DNA from: a virus
IMG/VR virus record: IMGVR_UViG_3300045988_095776
Span: 1-64,000 of that record
DNA: 64,000 bases
Direction: 5' to 3' (one strand)
The notes under the pieces were generated by a model that was not told where the DNA came from, did no database searches, and saw nothing but the letters and a program-made list of their open reading frames with translations. The position numbers and the translations under genes were made by a program. Positions 8,667-16,768 of the stretch are shown in pieces (the stretch's first letter is position 1; every line of letters starts with the position of its first letter).

Positions 8667-10331
8667 ATGGCAGATTCTATTTTAAAAATACGTACACAAG
8701 ACGGGGATAAACCCATAGGCTATCCGGGACTTGCGGATAAGCCCGTAGCGAACAAAACACTTGATATCGAGGGTGCATTCGCAGATGCTAAAGTAGTAGG
8801 GGACAAATTCAAAGAAGTAAAGGCAGAAACTGATTCGCTAAAGGAAGGTATGGGTGATTTGTCTGTTGGCAACTATATCATCAGCCTAGATTACCATAGT
8901 GGAAAAATCAACCTATCAACTGGGGAAGAAGTTGCACCATATGACACAGCACGGATTTCTGAAAAACTCAATTTTGACAATTATGAAAGTGTAATTGTCG
9001 GAACAACTGCAAGTAAAGACTCAGACTATTGGTTATATATTTCAGTATTTGAATTTGATTCATCTGGGAAATATATCAAACAAATTGCAAATACACTTGA
9101 TAAATATACTATAACTCCAACGAATGGACATTTATATGTTTTGCAATGGTGGTATGGTGGTAATGATTTTAAAAATAGGCTTCCATATACAAAGGTTTCG
9201 GCAAAGTCCTTGCTTAATAAAAAAGATAAAGAAAAAATTTATATAGATTTATCTCCAAAAACAGAAGCAAAACTAGATTTGCCGGATAAATTATTTATCG
9301 TAAAAGGAGAAAGCCTTGAACTGTTTAAATATGGGATGTACTACACTGATACTGAATTTATAAATAATCAGTATAATGTACGTGTTGTAAATATTGACAA
9401 ATATACTACGCAATACGATGATAAAATTGTTATTTCGTGCCCTAAAGATTATTCAAAACCAATTTTACAAGGGGACAATGATTTAGCATTATTCCAATTG
9501 ATTGACACTTACGGTAAAATAATTGAACAAAAGCGTGTAAAAATTTTTGTCGCTGATAAAGCTACTATATCAGATACTGATAGAAATATTATGTATCTTG
9601 GTGATAGCTTTACAGGCTTAGGATTCAGAACACAAGAAATTGCGAATCTTATCTCGCAAGAACCAAAATTATCTAATACAAAATTAATTGGAAAATTTAT
9701 TGGACAGGGTAGCGGAAATAGGTTTACAGGAACAGGCGGTTACAGTTGGGCGAATTATACTGAAAACCCTAATACATTACCTAGTACGTTCCCAAATAAT
9801 TATTTGTGGGATCCAGCCTATAACCAAATCAGTATGCAATACTTAGTAAACTCTTTAGGAGAAAGCCATCTGGAATATGCCGTTATTTTGCTAGGGTGGA
9901 ACGACTACGAAAGTGGAGCGTTTGCACCATCTTTCAGTTGGGATGTTATGAAACAACGTGCCAAAAAAGTAATAGAAAATATTCATAATTATTATCCTAC
10001 TTGTAAAATTATTTTAGAAAGTTATCACTATATGTATCCATTACACAGAAAGTCATATGGCAATGCATTACCACAAGTAAGACAAAACAAATATATTTAT
10101 GAACTAAATAAATTTTATCAAGAAATTGCAAATGAATATGATTATGTTGAATTTGTTCAAATGTCCATTCAGATTGATGTACTTCACAATATGGGATTCG
10201 AAGAAGAAAAAGTAAATAAACGAAGTGAAGAAATTGTCAAATATTGCAAAGATGTTGTTCACCCAGCTGACATTGGTTTTTATCAGTATTCAGACGCAGA
10301 ATTTAATGCACTGTTGTATCTTATGCAGTAA
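8667..10331 (+). CDS. tail fibre / receptor-binding protein with C-terminal SGNH (GDSL) esterase domain
   Basis: N-terminus LDIEGAFADAKVVGDKF is fibre-like; YLGDSFTG, LLGWNDY and DVVHPAD match SGNH blocks I, III and V. Confidence 0.65.
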   Translation: MADSILKIRTQDGDKPIGYPGLADKPVANKTLDIEGAFADAKVVGDKFKEVKAETDSLKEGMGDLSVGNYIISLDYHSGKINLSTGEEVAPYDTARISEKLNFDNYESVIVGTTASKDSDYWLYISVFEFDSSGKYIKQIANTLDKYTITPTNGHLYVLQWWYGGNDFKNRLPYTKVSAKSLLNKKDKEKIYIDLSPKTEAKLDLPDKLFIVKGESLELFKYGMYYTDTEFINNQYNVRVVNIDKYTTQYDDKIVISCPKDYSKPILQGDNDLALFQLIDTYGKIIEQKRVKIFVADKATISDTDRNIMYLGDSFTGLGFRTQEIANLISQEPKLSNTKLIGKFIGQGSGNRFTGTGGYSWANYTENPNTLPSTFPNNYLWDPAYNQISMQYLVNSLGESHLEYAVILLGWNDYESGAFAPSFSWDVMKQRAKKVIENIHNYYPTCKIILESYHYMYPLHRKSYGNALPQVRQNKYIYELNKFYQEIANEYDYVEFVQMSIQIDVLHNMGFEEEKVNKRSEEIVKYCKDVVHPADIGFYQYSDAEFNALLYLMQ

Positions 10332-10555
10332 TTAACTAAAGAGGGCTTTAGTTAACGAAAAAATCTCTCATAAATTCGCTAAAATATCTATTCAGATAGA
10401 ACGAACAGTGCTATAATCACTATAACAGAACACAAAAAAGAGGAGCTGGACTCCCGACTACCAATCAAAAAGTCCAACTCCAAGCACCACAAAGGGTACG
10501 GGTATATTATAGCACAGTACTCTCCCTTTGTGAACCCAAAAGGAGGGTATTTTTT

Positions 10556-11551
10556 ATGAGAGAAAAATTTTTGAATGGGTTCATGACAAAACTGTATGGA
10601 GAAATTCCGGAAGAGTATCTGGAAACGATCAAAAACAAACTGGCGTTGTATGTAAATGATTTTGATATCAGTCAAAGGGAAACTGCAGTTGTAAAGTATA
10701 CTGGATATTTACCAGATTTCTACAAAACTTACATTGTAAGTAGGAAAATCGAGAGTTTGAGTAAAAAGACACTCGAACTCTACAATCTTTATCTGGATGA
10801 TTTCTTTTTTACAGTCAATAAAAACGCAGAAGACATTACTGCAAATGATATCCGCGTATATCTGTATAACGCTCAGGAGAGCAGAGGATTAAGTAATCGA
10901 ACGCTTGATAGTAGAAGAACTGCCATACACGCTTTCTTTGAGTGGGCTGCAAATGAGGGATATATAGGCAAGAATCCGTGCAGAGTTATCGAAAATATCA
11001 AGTATGAACGTGTAGAGAAGAAACCTCTGACAGATATGGAGTTGGAGAGAATCAGACAGGTATGCGAAACGGTACGCGAAAAAGCACTGGTTGAATTTCT
11101 GTACAGTACCGGAGCCAGGGTTACAGAAGTGTGTGGTGTGAAGAAAACAGATATAGACTTCTACAAAGGTGAAGTGATTGTTTTGGGGAAAGGAAATAAG
11201 CATAGAAAAGTATACCTAAATGCTCGCAGCAAACTTCTTTTAGGACAGTACCTTACATCCAGAGATGATGATTCGGAATATCTTTTTGTAAGTGAAAGAA
11301 AACCACATAATGTATTGAAAAAAGAAGCAATTGAAAGAAACATTCGACTGATAGGTGAACGGGCAGAACTGGATAGACCGTTAACGCCACATCTATTCAG
11401 ACATACCCTTGCGACGCTTATGCTTCAGAGGGGAACTCCTATCACGGAAGTACAGAAGATTTTAGGGCATGTAAATATCAACACGACCATGATTTATGCC
11501 AAGGTGTCAGACGAAGATGTAAAAGCATCTCATATGAAATATGCAATTTAA
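10556..11551 (+). CDS. tyrosine recombinase / integrase (XerC/D-like), full length
   Basis: ARVTE (R), HLFRHT (HxxR), GHVNINTTMIYAKV (H..Y); RBS GGAGGG. Confidence 0.85.
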   Translation: MREKFLNGFMTKLYGEIPEEYLETIKNKLALYVNDFDISQRETAVVKYTGYLPDFYKTYIVSRKIESLSKKTLELYNLYLDDFFFTVNKNAEDITANDIRVYLYNAQESRGLSNRTLDSRRTAIHAFFEWAANEGYIGKNPCRVIENIKYERVEKKPLTDMELERIRQVCETVREKALVEFLYSTGARVTEVCGVKKTDIDFYKGEVIVLGKGNKHRKVYLNARSKLLLGQYLTSRDDDSEYLFVSERKPHNVLKKEAIERNIRLIGERAELDRPLTPHLFRHTLATLMLQRGTPITEVQKILGHVNINTTMIYAKVSDEDVKASHMKYAI

Positions 11552-11610
11552 AGAGAATTTCGATTCTCTTTTCAATTGCAAAAAAATATTTATGTAAATA
11601 AAAAAATAGA

Positions 11611-11641
11611 ATATGGGGAGGATTAATAGTCCTCCCCATAT
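11611..11641. terminator. bidirectional hairpin between convergent genes
   Basis: atatggggagg-N9-cctccccatat, perfect 11-bp stem. Confidence 0.6.
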
Positions 11642-11663
11642 TCTTAATCATTGAATGAAATTG

Positions 11664-11894
11664 TCAGTATTCATTTGCATCTTCTTTCTTAGAAATAACA
11701 AATGTTTTTATTTTTTTTGATCCAGGAACGTCACCATCGTCAATATGCTTGGCCATACGAAGCATAGACCTTATTTTGGATGAAGACAGATGCTCCTTGC
11801 CGCAGTTCGGACACATTATTTTTTCCGTGTTAATTTGTTCGTTTACGTAATAGTTGCAATTACAAGTGCAATGGACTTTTAATTTTAAAAACAT
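11664..11894 (-). CDS. small zinc-ribbon protein
   Basis: 76 aa, CTCNC...CPNCG; RBS GGGAGGTG upstream on the minus strand. Confidence 0.6.
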   Translation of the reverse strand: MFLKLKVHCTCNCNYYVNEQINTEKIMCPNCGKEHLSSSKIRSMLRMAKHIDDGDVPGSKKIKTFVISKKEDANEY

Positions 11895-11968
11895 TTTGCG
11901 ACACCTCCCTAATAGGTTGATTGTACCACAGTGTATGAAGATATGCCATAGAGTTAAGGCTAAAAGGA

Positions 11969-12139
11969 TTAAAACTCTTTTCCTCTTTTACAAAAATATT
12001 CGTTCAAAGCCCGTTCGACTACCTGTGATATTTCTTTTTCCTCTTTCTGGCAATGAAACAGAAGATGTATGTACTGCACAGGGGTTAATTTAATTTTTAC
12101 GCTGATATTTCTTTCGTCTTTCTTTTTTATAGCAATCAC
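11969..12139 (-). CDS. ribbon-helix-helix-like small protein (56 aa, GTG start uncertain)
   Basis: not in ORF track (<60 aa); NISVKIKLTPVQYIHLLFHCQKEEKEISQVVERALNEYF has an RHH-like pattern; start codon poorly defined. Confidence 0.35.
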   Translation of the reverse strand: MIAIKKKDERNISVKIKLTPVQYIHLLFHCQKEEKEISQVVERALNEYFCKRGKEF

Positions 12140-12214
12140 CTCCCCATATAACTATATCATGCAGTATTTGTTAAAGTAAGTAATATATAAAGTATTATTT
12201 CGAAAGGAATCGAC

Positions 12215-12604
12215 ATGAGAGGATTAAAACGTCAAAAACAGACAGTGTATTGGTCAAAAGTAACTGAAATTCTTAACGATATTAATACAGTTACGAAATA
12301 CAGTAAACCAGAGTTGCACAATTTCTCTGTATCGGCAACTGCCGGAACCCCGGAGGAGATATCGTCCGGTATCGTGCCTGACTATGATAGATACATCACT
12401 TCTTTTGATCGTGAATTTAGGCCACAGGAAGGAGATGTATTTTGGATTGATACAGTCCCCGAATTAGACTACGCAGGAGATCTTATTCTGACAGACAGTG
12501 TTCCAACTATCATGCCAGATTACCGGTTAAAAAAGATTTTGGATACTCAACGGGGGAATATTGCCAGATACGGAATTTCGAGAATAGGAGCTGAAAATGA
12601 GTAA
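12215..12604 (+). CDS. head-tail joining protein (head-closure/adaptor-like)
   Basis: 129 aa; size and position; overlaps the next gene start. Confidence 0.45.
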   Translation: MRGLKRQKQTVYWSKVTEILNDINTVTKYSKPELHNFSVSATAGTPEEISSGIVPDYDRYITSFDREFRPQEGDVFWIDTVPELDYAGDLILTDSVPTIMPDYRLKKILDTQRGNIARYGISRIGAENE

Positions 12605-13115
12605 AAAGATAATCAAGTGCGGATTAAGTCAGAAGTCAATTCAGGATGCAATAGATCAACTCAAAGTTTATCAAACTGAATTAAACAACAAGAATGAGTT
12701 ATTTGTTAAACGGCTATCTGAACTTGGACTTGAAGTTGTACAGACTACAATGGAATCAATACCGGATGAGGAAAAAGGAAGTTATTACACTGAAATTATC
12801 TATGACAAACAGGGCAATATAATTGGTTCTTCTATACGATTGTCAGGAAACAATGTACTTTTTATCGAATTTTCGGCAGGAATAACGTATGGGACGAATG
12901 ATTATCCTTTACCTAGCGGAAATTCTTACGGAATGGGGACGTATCCTTCCAAAAAAGAAAAATCAGACTGGGACAATCCAAATGGTTGGTGGTACACAGA
13001 TGAAAGCGGACAGTCACACCATTCGTACGGAAATAGAGCGTATATGCCGATGTATCACGCAGAACAAGCTATTGTTATTGCTGTTCGTAAAATCGCTAAG
13101 GAAGTTTTTGGTTAA
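12597..13115 (+). CDS. head-tail joining protein (HK97 gp10-like)
   Basis: 172 aa, overlapping start; N-terminal pattern I.CGLS...I..AI.QL resembles the gp10 family. Confidence 0.45.
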   Translation: MSKKIIKCGLSQKSIQDAIDQLKVYQTELNNKNELFVKRLSELGLEVVQTTMESIPDEEKGSYYTEIIYDKQGNIIGSSIRLSGNNVLFIEFSAGITYGTNDYPLPSGNSYGMGTYPSKKEKSDWDNPNGWWYTDESGQSHHSYGNRAYMPMYHAEQAIVIAVRKIAKEVFG

Positions 13116-13318
13116 TTTTTTATCCACTCAATCCGATAACCAACGATATTTAAAATTTCCTCGATTTCAGAATACGAAAAAGTTTCTTTTCTGAAACGAT
13201 TGCTAAAATTTTGAAACGTAAAGCTTGTTCCGTGCCTGCGATTTAATTCATCGTTAACTTGGCTCATAGTAAACCCTTGTGAAATAATTATTGCTTTTAA
13301 TTTGGATTTTAGTTCCAT
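13112..13318 (-). CDS. small HTH DNA-binding protein (moron)
   Basis: 68 aa on the opposite strand inside the late operon; ISQGFTMSQVNDELN HTH-like. Confidence 0.5.
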   Translation of the reverse strand: MELKSKLKAIIISQGFTMSQVNDELNRRHGTSFTFQNFSNRFRKETFSYSEIEEILNIVGYRIEWIKN

Positions 13319-13445
13319 AAAATACTCCTAGTGATTATTTGTTAAATTATAACATTATAAATATAAATTGTAAATTTTAATCTTCTTGAAAAATAAATTA
13401 TATAGTTTATAATTAAATTAAACAATTTATATAGGAGATGATTGT

Positions 13446-14330
13446 ATGCCAAGACCTACGCCTGACTTTACTGGAATGAAATTCGGAAAATTAACTGCCC
13501 TTTACAGAATTAAATCGGAAAAAACTACAGGTAGTGGAAAACATGCTATGTGGATGTGCAAATGTGATTGTGGGAATGCCAAAATCATAAGTTCCACAAG
13601 GCTTGCACATGGAAAGATAGATAATTGTGGGTGCATGGATTCTAAATGTAGGAATAAAAAAGGACAATTTACAAAGGGTGAAAATGTAAAAGATATTTCT
13701 GGTAAGAAATTTGGAAAATTAACAGTACTGAAATTAGATAAAATTGTTAATAGAAAATCTTATTGGATTGTAAAGTGCGAGTGCGGAACAATAAAAACGG
13801 TAAGAAGTGATACTCTTAAAGTTATTACTTCTTGCGGATGTGACAAGAAAAAACAAGATATTATTAATTTCGACATAACGAATCACCATGAATTGACCCA
13901 CCATCCTGTTTACAGCATATGGAATGCAATGATTAATAGATGTGAAAATCCACATAATAAGAATTACAATAATTATGGTGGACGTGGCATTAAAATTTGC
14001 GAAGAGTGGAAGGATATACGAAATTTTTCAAAATGGGCTGATGAAACCGGATTTGAATTAGGCAAAAACCTTTCTATCGAAAGAAAGGATGTGAACGGTA
14101 ATTATTGCCCCGAAAATTGTTGCTGGATTGACAGAAAATTGCAATCTCGCAATAGAAGAAATACCGTTAGACTTGATATAAACGGAGACAATAAATCACT
14201 TTCAGAATGGTGCGAAGTATACAATGTACCATATAAAAAAGTTATTGGAAGATATTATAGGGGAATACGAGAAATAGATGATTTATTTTATAAAGGCAAT
14301 TTGCAGATGAGAGATTTAGGAAGAGAGTAA
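13446..14330 (+). CDS. free-standing DNA-binding / homing-endonuclease-like protein
   Basis: two FGKLT..-W.CKC.CG...SCGC zinc-ribbon repeats plus YNNYGGRGIKICEEW motif; very AT-rich flanks. Confidence 0.45.
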   Translation: MPRPTPDFTGMKFGKLTALYRIKSEKTTGSGKHAMWMCKCDCGNAKIISSTRLAHGKIDNCGCMDSKCRNKKGQFTKGENVKDISGKKFGKLTVLKLDKIVNRKSYWIVKCECGTIKTVRSDTLKVITSCGCDKKKQDIINFDITNHHELTHHPVYSIWNAMINRCENPHNKNYNNYGGRGIKICEEWKDIRNFSKWADETGFELGKNLSIERKDVNGNYCPENCCWIDRKLQSRNRRNTVRLDINGDNKSLSEWCEVYNVPYKKVIGRYYRGIREIDDLFYKGNLQMRDLGRE

Positions 14331-14470
14331 GTACAAAAACTACTATGCCCGTGTACAAAGCAACTGTAGAAATCATACAGAACATTCGGAAAATCGGAAA
14401 AGAAGTCTTTAGTTCCTGATAAATTCCATACTGAAACATACACAACAAAATGATATACTATAACATATAA

Positions 14471-14501
14471 AAGCATCTACCTGAGTGGTGGGTGCTTTTT
14501 T
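14471..14501 (+). terminator. terminator-like hairpin plus T-run
   Basis: aagcatct-N11-gggtgctt (G-U pairs) followed by tttt. Confidence 0.45.
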
Positions 14502-14527
14502 CATGATTAAAATAAGGCGGTGATAAC

Positions 14528-14932
14528 ATGCCAGACACAATAAAAAATCCAATTTCAGAAGTCTTTAACCGATGGTCAAAAGCAGTTGAGCCTGTTGTTG
14601 GAAAATATAATTATTCTATGGATAAAAGCCAGACAATAGCGTCTACAAAAAAGGCATATGCTCGCTTGTTGATGCTCGGGAATACAACGATAAATAGTGA
14701 CCTTGAGGGCGATGAATGCGCTACGCTGATATCATTTCAAACCGAATCATATGCATCCGGTGCAAAAGCCTTATCAAAAGTATATGACGAAATCGACGAA
14801 GCAAGCCACAAAGCCATGGTCGGCATGGGATTTCGGAGGATATATGGCCCTGAATTACAAAACAATGCAGAAAACAGCATAAAACGTGTCATTAGCAGAT
14901 ACAGCCGGACCTATACCGGACAATTTCTCTAA
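14528..14932 (+). CDS. tail completion / neck protein (putative)
   Basis: 134 aa between head-tail joining genes and major tail gene. Confidence 0.4.
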   Translation: MPDTIKNPISEVFNRWSKAVEPVVGKYNYSMDKSQTIASTKKAYARLLMLGNTTINSDLEGDECATLISFQTESYASGAKALSKVYDEIDEASHKAMVGMGFRRIYGPELQNNAENSIKRVISRYSRTYTGQFL

Positions 14933-14951
14933 AAAAAGGGGGTGAGAAACT

Positions 14952-15245
14952 ATGGAACAGATTCTGAGCTATGTAAAACCAGAACTTCTGACTGTTGCAG
15001 TAGTCCTGTATTTTGCAGGAGTATTTTTAAAGCAGACAGAAACAGTATCCGACAAATACATTCCTGGAATTTTAGGAGTCCTTGGAATGGTAATTTGTGG
15101 AATTTATGTATTTGCAACATCTACCGTATCTAACGGGCAGGAAATTGCAATGGCGGTATTTACCGCTATCACACAGGGAATTCTTGTCGCAGGATTAAGT
15201 AATTATGTAAATCAGATTATTAAGCAAGCAAGCAAAGAAGAATAG
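14952..15245 (+). CDS. phage holin (LL-H / phi-LC3-like family)
   Basis: 97 aa, three hydrophobic segments, YVKPELLTVAVVLYF...KYIPGILGVLG...ITQGILVAGLSNYVNQIIKQ, charged C-terminus. Confidence 0.65.
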   Translation: MEQILSYVKPELLTVAVVLYFAGVFLKQTETVSDKYIPGILGVLGMVICGIYVFATSTVSNGQEIAMAVFTAITQGILVAGLSNYVNQIIKQASKEE

Positions 15246-15351
15246 AAAGGACGGTGATCCTTTTATCTCCCGAGCACAGGGTTACGTGCAGAGAGCCAGA
15301 GAGCCATTGATAAAGCAAATTTAAGCTAATATTAGCAGAAAGGAGCCTAAA

Positions 15352-15873
15352 ATGGCAGATTTAACTACACTTGGCGTAACCATTCATTATGGCGTTGAGA
15401 CAAAAGCAGGATCAAAACCAACAACATTCACATGGCTCAAAAGATGTAATGCGATTGGCGGCATTTCTCTTGATACAGAACAGATCGATGTTTCTGCGTT
15501 GGAAGACTACATTACACAATATGCATCCGGCAGACAGGATACAGGTGGTACATGGGAACTTACATTCAATTTAAGTGCGGATGTCATCACAGCAATTAAA
15601 AAACTTTTCTCAGATGCAAAAACCGGAAAAGCCACAGGATTACGAACCTGGTTCGAAGTTGTTTTTCCAGATCTTTCAGATGCATTTTTCATCGTGGCAG
15701 AACCGGGGCGTGAAATACCACTTCCAGAGATCGGACAAAATGAAGCAGCTACAATCCCTCTCACTCTTATCATCAACGAGTATAAAGGACTTGACACAAA
15801 AGTTGTTTCCGAAGAACTTGCGCAAACTTTAAATGAAGCAAAAGCGGCAGCTGCAAACATGAATACATTTTGA
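15352..15873 (+). CDS. major tail protein
   Basis: 173 aa, RBS AAAGGAG, directly upstream of the chaperone pair and tape measure. Confidence 0.7.
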   Translation: MADLTTLGVTIHYGVETKAGSKPTTFTWLKRCNAIGGISLDTEQIDVSALEDYITQYASGRQDTGGTWELTFNLSADVITAIKKLFSDAKTGKATGLRTWFEVVFPDLSDAFFIVAEPGREIPLPEIGQNEAATIPLTLIINEYKGLDTKVVSEELAQTLNEAKAAAANMNTF

Positions 15874-15898
15874 TTATTAAATTTAGGGAGGACATATA

Positions 15899-16318
15899 AT
15901 GTTTAGTTTTAAAGTAGGCGGGAAAGAATACAAGATCAAATTTGGATACAAGGTGCTGTCCGAATCAGACGTTTTGCTTAAAGCTTCTGACATTTCGAAT
16001 ATTGCTGATCCGAGATCACTCATTGCACTTTTGCCAGAGCTGATTCTTATAGGGCTTCAAACCAAGCATAAAGATGAATTTGGATACGAAACAGAAGAAG
16101 AAAAGAAAGTGGCGTTTGGAAAAGTGTGTGATCTGCTTGACGATTATGAAGATGAATCTACAGAAGAACATCCTCATGATGGATTTACATTATTCCAGAA
16201 AGTAAACGATGAGCTTGAGAAAAACGGTTTTTTATCCGGAATTCTGAAAAAGATGGAAGAAGCAGAGGAGAAACAGAAGATAACGAAGGCACCGCAGGAC
16301 CACAAGAAGAAATCCTGA
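15899..16318 (+). CDS. tail assembly chaperone (gpG analogue)
   Basis: 139 aa acidic protein between major tail and tape measure genes. Confidence 0.65.
   Translation: MFSFKVGGKEYKIKFGYKVLSESDVLLKASDISNIADPRSLIALLPELILIGLQTKHKDEFGYETEEEKKVAFGKVCDLLDDYEDESTEEHPHDGFTLFQKVNDELEKNGFLSGILKKMEEAEEKQKITKAPQDHKKKS
16228..16234 (+). promoter_or_regulatory. -1 slip site T_TTT_TTA for the G/GT chaperone frameshift
   Basis: heptamer in the G frame; -1 frame open from 16219 to 16722. Confidence 0.6.
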
Positions 16319-16722
16319 GTTTTGGCGAAATAGTACATAAGAAATTACTTCCGTTGTATTTATCCATTGGCGTTCCAGAAGAAAAATTTTGGGATTCCAC
16401 TCCTTATGATTTGGAACCATACATGGAAGCCTACAAATTAAAACAAAAAATGGAAGATTCGCAAGCATGGCAGTTCAACATGTACACGATGTGTGCAGTT
16501 CAGACTGCGGTCGCAAATGTGCTTATTGGTAAAAAGTCAAAGGCTGAATACCTTAAAGAACCATTTTTACAAACAGCTGAAAAGCAGAAGCAAGAGGATG
16601 AAGAGAATCTTTCTGAAGCAGAAAAGAAACGGCAACGTGACAGGTTGCTCATGACATTGCAACTCATGCAAGCAAATTTTGAGCTGAATCATGGTAATAA
16701 TGACGAGGGCAGGCAGGATTAA
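16234..16722 (+). CDS. gpT-like part of the GT fusion chaperone (read in -1 frame after the slip)
   Basis: -1 frame continuous across the G stop; conserved-looking FGEIVHKKLLPLYLSIGVPEEKFWDSTP lies upstream of the first ATG (16354). Confidence 0.55.
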   Translation: MRNSEKDGRSRGETEDNEGTAGPQEEILSFGEIVHKKLLPLYLSIGVPEEKFWDSTPYDLEPYMEAYKLKQKMEDSQAWQFNMYTMCAVQTAVANVLIGKKSKAEYLKEPFLQTAEKQKQEDEENLSEAEKKRQRDRLLMTLQLMQANFELNHGNNDEGRQD

Positions 16723-16768
16723 AAGTCTTGTCTGCCCTTTATTTTTTTGATTAAAAGGAGGTGCTTTA

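Noticed and set aside
10388-10675. 95-aa minus-strand ORF overlapping the integrase 5' region
   Set aside because: It has no RBS, overlaps the integrase start and promoter-like repeats, and its composition is unconvincing.
16354-16722. Independent gene starting at ATG 16354
   Set aside because: The frame is open and encodes conserved-looking sequence for 135 nt upstream of that ATG, with no RBS. A T_TTT_TTA slip site lies in the overlapping G frame, so a GT fusion is more likely.
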